64,000 nt of DNA from contig JAYUZL010000234.1 in NCBI GenBank assembly GCA_043751875.1, forward strand, positions 195-64,194, given 5' to 3'. The stretch is from Ferruginibacter sp. (GTDB taxonomy: Bacteria; Bacteroidota; Bacteroidia; Chitinophagales; Chitinophagaceae). The number at the start of each line of letters is the position of its first letter. Positions within the stretch are counted from its first letter, which is position 1. Below, one piece after another: positions 20,466 to 30,800 of the stretch. The notes beneath the pieces were generated by a model. The model did not search any database, had not been told where the DNA came from, and worked only from the letters and a program-made list of their open reading frames with translations. A program made the translations under genes and the position numbers.

Positions 20466-23429
20466 TTAGTTAACTTCCAATCCCCAGTTAATTCCCTTTT
20501 GTGTAGCGGGTACACCCTTTTTTATCCAATCAGCAGCAGGGGCATCTTTCAAATAATAATCAAAAAACTGCCCCAATCTTACAGACAAGTCTTTTCTGTT
20601 TTTTCTTTCAACAAGGTTATGGTCTTCTCCATTGTATTCCAGCAACCAAACTTTTTTGCCCAATCTTTTCATGGCAGTAAACAGTTCTATACTTTGGTAC
20701 CATGGCACAGAACCATCTGCATCGTTGTGCATTAACAACAAAGGTGTTTTAATTTTATCAGCGGCAAACAAAGGCGAATTTTTTATATAAAGATCAGGTC
20801 TTTGCCAAAGTGTAGCACCAATTCTACTCTGTGTTTTTTCGTATTGAAACTGTCTGTTTATGCCCACACCCCATCTTATACCACCGTATGCACTTGTCAT
20901 ATTACTAACTGGTGCGCCGGCTCCTGCAGCTCTGAACATGTTTGTTTTTGTAATAAGATAGGCAACCTGGTAACCTCCCCAGCTTTGTCCTTGTATAGCC
21001 ATTCTGTTGCTATCAACCCAAGGCATTTTAGCAAGCATTTTTGCAGCACTTACAACACTATTATAGGCACTTTGGCCCGGCTCTCCTTTTTTATAATAAA
21101 TATTCGGGTCAAAAACCAAATAGCCATTGCTTACAAAATAGGGAATGTTAATGGTAGAAGCGCTTGGTGCAGGAGGTCGATAATTATACAACATATCTGC
21201 GTTACGTTCATAAAAGTAGAGTATAACAGGATATTTTTTTGTTGGATCAAAATTTTCAGGTTTAAACAAAAGTCCCTGACTCATTTTTCCGTCAAACATT
21301 TTCCAACGCATTAATTCTGCTGTAAGCCAGTTGTAACCTTTCTGTTGTGCTGCCACATCAGTTAGCTTTTTTGATTGTTTAAAATCATCTGTTACGTAAA
21401 GCTCTGAAGCATTAATATCTGATTGAGAGAAAATATATTTTTCATTATCTTTTGCTTTGGTAGGAGCTGAAAATGAGTGTGCACCTGTATTTAACATTAC
21501 CGGGTCTTTGGCCTCACTAACATTTAAAGTATAAAAACCACCATATTTATTTATTTTATTTTGGCTTCTTAAAAGTATTTTTTCAGCTGGATTTATGAAG
21601 CGCTTTTCAGGATCTGTATTTACATAATCAAACTTTATTTTATTCTTTCTTCCAAAGCCGTTTGTCATGTTAACAGGAGCATCAACTGCATTGGGATCTA
21701 CTTTCCAGATATCATATTCATCCTGTATTAAAATATATTTATCATCGGCTGTAAAGCCTGCAACACCAATTGCATCAGCATAATCGGGCACGTCATTTTC
21801 TGTGTCATATAAAGGAATTTTAATTTTATCTGTAATGTTTTTTACAAACGCATTTGCTGTATTGTAAGCAAAATAATTTTGCTTTACTGCATCATACCAG
21901 TAAATATATTTGCCCATTGGCGAAGCAGTTAATTTGCTGATATTATTTTTCGAGATCAACGAGCTTTTGCCGGTATTTACATTTATTAAGAATGCATTTG
22001 TAAGCGTTCTGCCTTCCCACTGCGAGGCAATTCTATTTCCCTTTGTGGATTGCGCTAAAACAAAGTCAGCATTACCTTCATTTATTAAAGAAATATTTTC
22101 AGATGAATCGGTACCCAGTTGTATGAGTGTATTTTGACCGGGCATTACAACAGCACTGTAGCTTTTTTTTAATTCCTGCTGTAATTGCTTTAGTTGTTGA
22201 GGCTGCAAATAATCGTCATTGTATGTCCACACATCCAACCGTGCAAGTTCAAAATCAACAAGGGATGTATCTTTTGGGGGTAATATAGATGCAGTTCCAA
22301 AGAAAAGTTTTTTTCCATCTTTGCTGAATTTCAAATCTGCATTTTCGCTGATTGTATTTCCTTTTATAATACCGATAGAATTTCTGTCAGCCTGTAAAAC
22401 TGTACTATCCAAACCATTTTTATAATACCATAATTTATAAAATTTTTGCAACGATTTTACAGTGCTGTCACGCTCTGCTACAAATGCAAGTTGCTGCCCG
22501 CTCTCATCAAAAACAAAACTCTTTGCATCATTGAAACCGGTCATAACCGTATCAATTTTATCAGTCTGCAGATTGTACAGAATAACATTTGCTATACTGA
22601 GTGTATCTTTTAGTGCCTTGGTACTTTCAATTAAAAGCCTTGTACCTTTTTTATCAAAATAATAATCACTAACCAACTTAAATTTTTTAATCTTTTCGGT
22701 TGATAAATTTTTAACTGTAAGTTCTGTTCCTTCCTGTATTTTATCTGCGGCCGGATCATCGCCTTCTGCATCAGTAAATACATCATTGGCTTTTTTATAA
22801 ATTTCTTCAACAGCTTTTTGTGTGGCTGCAATAACTTCCGCTTTTTCTACTTTACCTTTTACAGAATCAAGGGATTTTCTGAGAAGAGAATCAGCGATTT
22901 TTACCAGACCATCAATTTTAATTTTTAATGAATCAGGAATATTTCTTTTAAAAGATGAATCAGGCAAAGGCTTCTCAGCAAGATAAGCTACCCAGCCATT
23001 ACCCTTTTCAGGAGTTTTAAAAGATTTAATAAGGGGTATTTTTACAATACTGTCTGTACCTAAAGCAACTATAGCCAACGAATCTTTTGGCATTTCTTCC
23101 GGCTTCTTTTTCTTAATGCGGGCCTGCCTTGTATCCTGATAGCGGGATTTTATTTTGAAAAAAACATAGCGGCTGTCCTGAGAAATTTGTGGTGCGTAAC
23201 CACGTTCTATCTCACGCTTTTTACCGTTCTCAATATCATTTATAATAAGCAATCCATCGCCTTCCTGTGGAACGACGGTGTAAACAACATACCGGCCATT
23301 GTTGCTGATAGCTCTTTCTCCTACTGATTTCCAGTTATCGTACACTGCATGTGTAAGAGGTTTTTTGATTTGAGCAGTGACTGCGAAGTAAAAAAATAAT
23401 AACAGCCAGGACAGTAAAGTTTTGATCAT
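20466..23429 (-). CDS. S9 family (prolyl oligopeptidase/acylaminoacyl) peptidase, secreted
   Basis: Signal peptide, beta-propeller region, GQSWGG nucleophile, HNDADGSVP, EDH. Confidence 0.92.
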   Translation of the reverse strand: MIKTLLSWLLLFFYFAVTAQIKKPLTHAVYDNWKSVGERAISNNGRYVVYTVVPQEGDGLLIINDIENGKKREIERGYAPQISQDSRYVFFKIKSRYQDTRQARIKKKKPEEMPKDSLAIVALGTDSIVKIPLIKSFKTPEKGNGWVAYLAEKPLPDSSFKRNIPDSLKIKIDGLVKIADSLLRKSLDSVKGKVEKAEVIAATQKAVEEIYKKANDVFTDAEGDDPAADKIQEGTELTVKNLSTEKIKKFKLVSDYYFDKKGTRLLIESTKALKDTLSIANVILYNLQTDKIDTVMTGFNDAKSFVFDESGQQLAFVAERDSTVKSLQKFYKLWYYKNGLDSTVLQADRNSIGIIKGNTISENADLKFSKDGKKLFFGTASILPPKDTSLVDFELARLDVWTYNDDYLQPQQLKQLQQELKKSYSAVVMPGQNTLIQLGTDSSENISLINEGNADFVLAQSTKGNRIASQWEGRTLTNAFLINVNTGKSSLISKNNISKLTASPMGKYIYWYDAVKQNYFAYNTANAFVKNITDKIKIPLYDTENDVPDYADAIGVAGFTADDKYILIQDEYDIWKVDPNAVDAPVNMTNGFGRKNKIKFDYVNTDPEKRFINPAEKILLRSQNKINKYGGFYTLNVSEAKDPVMLNTGAHSFSAPTKAKDNEKYIFSQSDINASELYVTDDFKQSKKLTDVAAQQKGYNWLTAELMRWKMFDGKMSQGLLFKPENFDPTKKYPVILYFYERNADMLYNYRPPAPSASTINIPYFVSNGYLVFDPNIYYKKGEPGQSAYNSVVSAAKMLAKMPWVDSNRMAIQGQSWGGYQVAYLITKTNMFRAAGAGAPVSNMTSAYGGIRWGVGINRQFQYEKTQSRIGATLWQRPDLYIKNSPLFAADKIKTPLLLMHNDADGSVPWYQSIELFTAMKRLGKKVWLLEYNGEDHNLVERKNRKDLSVRLGQFFDYYLKDAPAADWIKKGVPATQKGINWGLEVN

Positions 23430-23481
23430 GGTACTTATAAAATTTAAACGAAAATATAAGATAATACAAAATTATATGCAA

Positions 23482-24555
23482 TCAAATTTTCAGTGCAAAT
23501 AGTTCAATTCCATTTGCTTTTCCTTTGAGTTCCACCATACCCAAATCTTCTAATTGAAAAGGTTTTAAATTAGTTTTTTCAGCAAAGTCTTTTGAGACAA
23601 TAAATTTTTGATTTAGTTCATTACATGCACTTCTTATTCGTGCAGTGGTATTCATTGTATCGCCACTCATTGCGAGGTCTTTTTTTATTACGCCAATTTC
23701 GCCCACAGTAACGTCACCTACATGTATTCCAATTCTAAATTCCGGTATAATCCCATAAACCCTACGATAATGTTCACTCCGTTTTTGTATATTTTTTCTA
23801 CCCGTTATGACGGAAGCCAGACAGTTTTTCATATTGTCTTTAGTATACTTCCAGGAGACCACGATCTCATCACCAACATATTGGTAAATAATTCCATTGT
23901 GTTCTATTAATGCCAATGACAAATCATAAATAAATTCTCTTATAAATAAAAAATAATTCTGGTGCCCAAGTTTTTCTGCAATAGGTGTAGAGTCCTTTAA
24001 ATCAATAAACATGATGACCCTATTTTCTATTCTTGGCTTTATATATTTCCCTGCCAGTATATCTAAAAAAACACCCGGTGCGTATTTGTCATTTATTTCC
24101 AGATAAAGCTGGGTTACGGCAAAAATAATAAGCCAATACAGGGTTCTTCTTAAGAGCCAATTTCTTGTCATTGTATACTGATAAAAATTAGTAAGGCTTT
24201 TTCTCAGATCTAAATTTTCAACAAAAATATTATCTGCCAGATGCGATAAAAAATTCATTGCCAGGGCGGCAAAAAGCAATATAAAAGTTTTGGTAAAAAA
24301 GTTAATTATTATTGGTCGATTTTTAAAAACATTTCTTAAAGTATAAACAAACAAATACCCCATCACAGCACTCATTAAAAAAACCAGTATAGCTCTGGTA
24401 AGTATAGATTTTGAATGATTTTCAGACGCACTGTAATTTAAAATTGTCGATATCGTGTCTATGATTGTCCAAAACAATGCGATAAAAAATACCCTCCTAA
24501 TCCGATATTTTTTAATACCCCGAAAAATAGAAAACTTTGATGTAGAATTTAGCAT
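23482..24555 (-). CDS. Membrane-anchored class III adenylate/guanylate cyclase-domain protein
   Basis: About 4 N-terminal TM segments; FIDLKDST, VGDE, RIGIHVG, GDTMNTTARI. Confidence 0.9.
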   Translation of the reverse strand: MLNSTSKFSIFRGIKKYRIRRVFFIALFWTIIDTISTILNYSASENHSKSILTRAILVFLMSAVMGYLFVYTLRNVFKNRPIIINFFTKTFILLFAALAMNFLSHLADNIFVENLDLRKSLTNFYQYTMTRNWLLRRTLYWLIIFAVTQLYLEINDKYAPGVFLDILAGKYIKPRIENRVIMFIDLKDSTPIAEKLGHQNYFLFIREFIYDLSLALIEHNGIIYQYVGDEIVVSWKYTKDNMKNCLASVITGRKNIQKRSEHYRRVYGIIPEFRIGIHVGDVTVGEIGVIKKDLAMSGDTMNTTARIRSACNELNQKFIVSKDFAEKTNLKPFQLEDLGMVELKGKANGIELFALKI

Positions 24556-26597
24556 GATATTTTTTTCAGATAATCATAAATGTCATTTTGTGCATTATGT
24601 ATAACCCCAGAAACCTGCTGGTAATACTGCTCACCATTGTTTAAAACTCGGGTTGATTTGGTATTATCCTGCCATTGCAATTCAAAATAATGAATAAGTT
24701 GTTTCCTACAATTTTCATCTTTAATTTCAATACATACTTCAATTCTTCTTCTAATATTTCTCGTCATCAAATCCGCCGAACCCATAGCAACAACAGCATC
24801 TTCACCATCCCCAAATATAAACAATCTCGTATGCTCAAGATATTTATCAACCAATTTTTTCACAATGATATGCTCACTTAGTTTTTCCTGTTCAGGAATT
24901 AAACAGCATATACTTCTAACCATTAACTCAACTGCAACACCTGCTGCACTAGCTTTATATAATAATTTTATGAAATAGGGCTCCTCTAAATTATTTACTT
25001 TAATTCTTATTTTTCCCGGAATACCACATTTTTGTTTCGCAATTTCCTTATTTATCTGCAGTTCAAATTGGTCTAACAAATTAAACTGTGCAACCCATAA
25101 ATTATTAAACAAAACTATTTTTTTGGATGGTTGGTTTTTTTGGGTTTGTAAATATGTAAATAAAGATTCAAGCTCTTCGCAAACAGCAGTTTTTGTGGTC
25201 ATCAGTACATGGTCAGTATAAAACAGTGCGGTACTTTCATTAAAATTGCCTGTACTTAAAACAGCGAAACGCAAACTCTTACCTTCTACAACTTTTTTTA
25301 CGAGCGCAATTTTCGAATGTACTTTAATAGACGGATCGCTGTAGATTAATTTTACGCCGGCATCTTTCATAACCCTGCTCCATTTAATATTATTAGCTTC
25401 ATCAAACCTTGCTTTCAGTTCAATGAATGCGGTAACTTTCTTACCGTTTTTTGCAGCACTTATTAAGGCATTTACGATGTGAGATTCAACTGCAACCCTA
25501 TACAAGGTTATATATATTTCTTTAACATCAGCGTCAACAGCAGCCTGGTTAAAAAAACTTAGCACAGGAATGTAGGAATGATAAGGTAGATGTAACAGAA
25601 TATCTTTTGTAGTAACATTTGCAAAAATATCACCACCTGCAATAGAAGGATATTGTATTGCATCCTCATTTTTATAAAACAATGTTTTATCAAAAGATGG
25701 GAAATCATAAAGGTTGCTTAAGTTATGGTATCTCCCGCCCTCAAACATATCTTTTACATCAGCTTTAAAAAAAGTAGACAGAAACATTTTTAAATACGAT
25801 GGCATACCCTGCTCAAACAAAAAACGGGAAGGTGCGCCAACCTTTCTTTTATTTAACTTCTTTTCTATTTTTTCTAAAACATTAGCAGCATATTCATCTC
25901 CTAAATTAATGTCAGCATCTCTGTTAAACTTAATACTGTAAATGCTTTCAATGGATTGTCCGGGGAAAATTATATTAATATTTTCCCTGATAATATCATC
26001 AATAAAAACAACGTAATTCATTCCACCAATGGGCGTTAGTACAAAAAACCTGCTTAACTTATGTGAGGGAATATTTATAGAAACATGGCTTACCATGTTT
26101 TTATGGATATTTAATAATGTTACTATAAAGTATAAATGATTGTTTTCGGGTAAAAAATCATAACCACTTTCAACACTTAAAAAAACAGGCTGTATAAAAG
26201 AAAGCACTCTTGATAAAAATATTTGTTTTACTTCTGCCTCATGCTGTGGAAGGAGAGGTTTGTTGTAATAAAAAAAAACTCCTTTTTCTTTTAACGATGG
26301 AATAAGATCTTTTATTAAAATTTCTCCAAATTCATTTAACTGATTATTTATGGATGATTGTATTTTTTCAGTAAAATCTTCTTCGCGTAAAAAATATTCT
26401 TTTCTGATTGTTTTATTATTCAGTTTAGAAAAGGCAGCGACAACAGGGTATCGAACTCTAAAAAATTCATCCAGATTAGAAGAAAATATAGAAAGAAACC
26501 GAAGCCTTTCATATAAAGGAACGGAAGTATCTTTCGCTTCCCGCAATACCCTGTGGTTAAAGGTTAGCCAGCTAAGATCTCTATTAAACATCTGCAT
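24549..26597 (-). CDS. ppk1: Polyphosphate kinase 1
   Basis: NRDLSWL.FN.RVL, SNLDEFFRVR, TLYR, ELKARFDEANN, KVHSK, TGNFN, LEHTR, SADLMTRN. Confidence 0.96.
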   Translation of the reverse strand: MQMFNRDLSWLTFNHRVLREAKDTSVPLYERLRFLSIFSSNLDEFFRVRYPVVAAFSKLNNKTIRKEYFLREEDFTEKIQSSINNQLNEFGEILIKDLIPSLKEKGVFFYYNKPLLPQHEAEVKQIFLSRVLSFIQPVFLSVESGYDFLPENNHLYFIVTLLNIHKNMVSHVSINIPSHKLSRFFVLTPIGGMNYVVFIDDIIRENINIIFPGQSIESIYSIKFNRDADINLGDEYAANVLEKIEKKLNKRKVGAPSRFLFEQGMPSYLKMFLSTFFKADVKDMFEGGRYHNLSNLYDFPSFDKTLFYKNEDAIQYPSIAGGDIFANVTTKDILLHLPYHSYIPVLSFFNQAAVDADVKEIYITLYRVAVESHIVNALISAAKNGKKVTAFIELKARFDEANNIKWSRVMKDAGVKLIYSDPSIKVHSKIALVKKVVEGKSLRFAVLSTGNFNESTALFYTDHVLMTTKTAVCEELESLFTYLQTQKNQPSKKIVLFNNLWVAQFNLLDQFELQINKEIAKQKCGIPGKIRIKVNNLEEPYFIKLLYKASAAGVAVELMVRSICCLIPEQEKLSEHIIVKKLVDKYLEHTRLFIFGDGEDAVVAMGSADLMTRNIRRRIEVCIEIKDENCRKQLIHYFELQWQDNTKSTRVLNNGEQYYQQVSGVIHNAQNDIYDYLKKISC

Positions 26598-26603
26598 ACT
26601 ATT

Positions 26604-27830
26604 TTAAAAAGGAGAACCCGAACCAGTACTGTTGATGATAACAGTTTCAGCAGGTGTATGGTGAAATATTGATGCTACTGTAAAAGCTATTACTGATGAA
26701 ATAATGCCAAGCATAAAAATGTTATATGCAAGTCTTATCAGCCTGTATTTTTTACCTAGTACCTGCCCTAAATGAAATATATCCTGAACAATTGACGAGT
26801 ATAAATAATCTGAATCTTTCATCATCGTACGCATAGCGGTTGCATAATGCTCGAGTGACATTTTATAAAAATTTCCAAAGAAAAGTAAATTTGTTTTTTT
26901 GGTTACGATGTCTTCATTGTTAAAAGTTCCTCTATTTACTTTAGGCCGGGTAGCCAATATAGCTACTACAATTGTTATAACAGAAAACGCAAGGAATATA
27001 ATAGTGGGGATTGCGAGATATGGGTCTGTTCCGAATATTTTTTCCATTACAGAAAGTATAACAGAAATAATTATAGCGTTTACAGAAATGAGAATATTAG
27101 CTTTATGATCCGCCATATCACTTAACTTAATATGGTTAGATGAAGTTAAACGCAACATAGTTTGCATCCCTTTTGTTGTTCCATCTTTTTCTGTAATTTC
27201 TTTTTCTAAAGGAAATTGCTTCTCCTCCGTTTTTATTTCTTTTTTTACCTTTTTTATGTTGTCTTTTTTTACACCATCTAATATTTCTTTACAATACGTT
27301 GTATAGTATTCATGATCCGTTAAAAGCTTTACGGTTTTTTCGTCAAAAGCATGTTTAGTAAGTTTAAACTCTGTAAAATAACATGCTTCTTCGAAAGTAA
27401 GTTTGTTACTTTTTTTAAATTCTTTTTTACTGCCAAACTGGTATGTATCGGCATCACAAAGAATTTCAGCATTTAAATCATGTGGATTTCTTGGAGCTCT
27501 TGTAGATAAGATACACTTTTCAATTTTATTAATAATATCATCACTTACTTTATTCTCCTGCATAAACTCCTTCATTAGATCTACACTTTTAAATTCATGA
27601 TTTTCAGGTTTGTCAAGTAGGTAACCAGTATCATGAAACCACGCTGCTATAAATACAACCATCATATCTTCTTCACTTAAATTATAATGACCTGCTATTT
27701 CATTTACTTTTTTTACAACATTTACCGTATGCGCTAAGTTGTGAAATACTAAATGAATAGGCTGAAGTTTATGAAACATTTCTGTCACATGTACTTCTGT
27801 TTTTTTATATAAAAACGTGTATAATGCCAT
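26604..27830 (-). CDS. HD-domain phosphohydrolase fused to a Pycsar effector-type (DUF5706/PycTM-like) membrane domain
   Basis: FHNLAHT, AAWFHDTG, HE, LCDAD; C-terminal ADHKANILI...TM-TM...RP...NLLFFGNF...KKYRLIRLAY-TM; ATG 27830 preferred. Confidence 0.85.
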   Translation of the reverse strand: MALYTFLYKKTEVHVTEMFHKLQPIHLVFHNLAHTVNVVKKVNEIAGHYNLSEEDMMVVFIAAWFHDTGYLLDKPENHEFKSVDLMKEFMQENKVSDDIINKIEKCILSTRAPRNPHDLNAEILCDADTYQFGSKKEFKKSNKLTFEEACYFTEFKLTKHAFDEKTVKLLTDHEYYTTYCKEILDGVKKDNIKKVKKEIKTEEKQFPLEKEITEKDGTTKGMQTMLRLTSSNHIKLSDMADHKANILISVNAIIISVILSVMEKIFGTDPYLAIPTIIFLAFSVITIVVAILATRPKVNRGTFNNEDIVTKKTNLLFFGNFYKMSLEHYATAMRTMMKDSDYLYSSIVQDIFHLGQVLGKKYRLIRLAYNIFMLGIISSVIAFTVASIFHHTPAETVIINSTGSGSPF

Positions 27831-27840
27831 CAAAAGCTTT

Positions 27841-30800
27841 TTAAAATGTAAGATTAAATTTAGTTCCAAGTGAAAAATTAAACAACCGTTCTTCTTTAGA
27901 GAATGCAACTGTGGCAGAAATGGCAATTAAATTAAACGGTATGAAATAAAGACCGCCACCAAATGAATTGTGCCATTTTTTAGAATTTTCATTATCCTGC
28001 CATACTCTTCCAAAATCTGCAAAGCTCAATATTCCAACATCGCCGGGTAAAACAAAAGATTTGGATTTAAATATTTTAAATCTTAGTTCGCCACTTCCGT
28101 ATGCCATTCCTTTGCCCGAAAAACGGTTCCTTCTGTAACCTCTAAGGTAATTTTGTACCCCTAAAGTTTTAGCCTGAAAAAATTCAAAGTCTTTTGAGAA
28201 AATTCTACCCCCACCAAACCGCAAAACGCCAGAAACTTTGCTAAGGTCTGATATGGAAGCATAAATCGTCATGTCCGATTGTACATCTGTTATCGCTTTT
28301 GAATTTTTATGCAAGCCTTTTAATGAAGTAAAACTTGTAAACCATGTAATTCCTCTTGTTGGAAAAATCTCATTATTGACGTAATTAATATCCAGTTTTA
28401 CCCTGCCGCCCAAATATTCCTTGGTTGAATACAAACTTGCAGAGTCCCTACCAATGTTTGTAGGTACAGATAAAATTCTGTTTTTGTTATCTTGAAAATC
28501 ATTCCAATATCTAAAGTAGGAAGGCCCTGCGGAAAACTGAAAAATATCATTAAACCTTTTTCTGAAAGCTACATCAAATGAGCCATATTTATACCTTGTT
28601 CTGTAATAGGAAAGCGGAAGGCTTTTGTTGTGTGTTGATTGATTTCCATAACCAAAGAAATTTGATAAAGTGGGGGTAAGAAGTTCGCCATTAATTACTA
28701 GATCATTTGTACGAAAAACATGATTAAAGATACCATCATATTTAAACTGAAATGCTCCCCTGTTTATTGCTGCTAAGCTGGTAAATTTTTGAAGACTTGC
28801 ATAGGGATCTTTTCTAAATCCAAATTTTTTAGAGGAAAAACCAATCCCAAGTAAAACCTTATCTTCTGCATTAAAACCAAAGTTCACCTGAGGGAAAACA
28901 AACTTGTCGTATTGAAAACCGGTATTTTTATAATCCAGAATTTGGGGATTTGTGGACAGCCTCTTTTCTGTTCTTCGAGACTTAACAATGATATTTTTTT
29001 CTGTGGAAAGATCATAAAGCGTTTTCTTAATATTACCACCTAAATTAAATGTATCATTCCCTTTACCGCCAACAATTCTCAATTTAATTTTTGATGATAC
29101 ATCGTCATCAACAACAAATTTATCGTTGCCGTTTAAACCATACAATACCAGTTCTTTTGTTTCTTTATGAAGAAATGTACGGCTATAATTTAAAACCGTG
29201 GTATCACCATCTTTATTTTTATTATATACACTCAGTTTTATACCACCATTATCATTTTGTACATGAAAATAATCGGCTTCATTACTTCCTGTCACAGTTA
29301 CATCTCTAGCTAAAAACTTATAGTATTTCATAGCTTGTTTTGGTAAGTCGTCTCTTCTGGACATCAACTTATCTGTTGTAAATGTTGAATCAAACTGTTT
29401 GATTTCAGGAGGGTATTTAGATGAGGCCTTTTTGATTACATCATTAGTTATATTTAACGCAAAACTGTCTGAGATTGATTTCCATTGTTCTCTGCTTAAT
29501 CCATTCATAAAAGTTCTGTCAAAATCTTTTGCAACGAAATTTAGTCCATTAATATCTTTTATTTTTGATTTAAAGCCTTGTAAAAAAGGCATCGAATTAT
29601 TGGAAAGATATTTCAACAATAAACCATTGGAATTAAAATAAGCCTGATCTCTATCTTTAGGGACCGGGTAATAAACTTTGCCTTTTCCGGTATCCTTCGT
29701 GCCCCATTTCCACTGGTCTGCATGTCTGTCAAAATCACCAATAAGCATATCCAATAATCTTGCTCTCAAAACTGCAGGTTGGTCTATGTGGTGATCATTT
29801 TGTTCTAACAATTTATTTATAACGGAATTAGTACTTTTTGTATCTGTTTCATCAGGTGTTGGCTGCTTTTCTTCAAGCAAGCAGACAGTATTTTTAAAAA
29901 CAGGTCTGTAATATCCAAATGCAGGGTCATCCGGCACAAAGAAAAACTGAGGATTTGCTGCAGGTACTCCCGCCGCCTTTGCAAGTACAGGAATAGTTAG
30001 CGGCGCATAAGGACTACTTGCACTTATTACATCTACTACAATAGCCTGCCCTATAGTGCCTCTCAAATTTTCAGGAACTGCTTTTTCAGGATCCTTATCT
30101 ATTGTACGGAGTGTCCATTCCTTACCATTTTTATCTTCCAGTTTTAAAGATTTTGTTTGCTTACCTCCGCCAATTCCTTTTATTACAAATCCTCCTCTCT
30201 CCTTTCGTAAATTAAATACTTTAAACTGCACAGGTGTGTTCCATTCACGCCTGTAGTTTTTACCAAGCAAAGCATCTTTAATTTTTTTTTCTTTTTTGTA
30301 CCTATCGCTGGCAGAAATAACTGCACTGTCTTTAAATATAAAATCAGGTTCTCTTAAAGTGTCAGATACTCCTTTTAGTACTTTCACTTTTGAAAAATCA
30401 AGAATATTTTTTGAATACACCTCTTTTACGTTATCTCCATCTACATTGTAAAAGGTTGATCTAACTGATTTGTTTTTTAAAACATCCAGGGTTACAAACC
30501 CATAATCGCCTGATGCAAAAACGGTATTTCTACTTTTAGAAACCCTTGAGTTTTTACTACCGCTGCCGCTTACAATGTTTATGTAATTGGTATCTTTTAT
30601 TAACTGCAAAGTATGTTCATGTCCACTTACAAAAATTACATTTTTATGTCCTTTTACCACACTTTCAAAAGCATTTATCATTTCCTGATAAAGTGGATGT
30701 TTAAGATCTTGCGTTGTACCAAATACGGCTCTTGTTAATGGATATCCTGAACCAATAATTGGAAGAGGAATATATAGTTTTGGAAAAGCGTCTGTAAAAG

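Noticed and set aside
20466-23429. S9 peptidase as part of the phospho-operon
   Set aside because: The 52-bp gap contains its own promoter-like TATTTTCG and no functional link is evident.
23482-27830. Calling the locus a canonical Pycsar system
   Set aside because: The cyclase is membrane-anchored and separated from the effector-like gene by ppk1, and the effector carries an HD domain. It is reported only as Pycsar-related.
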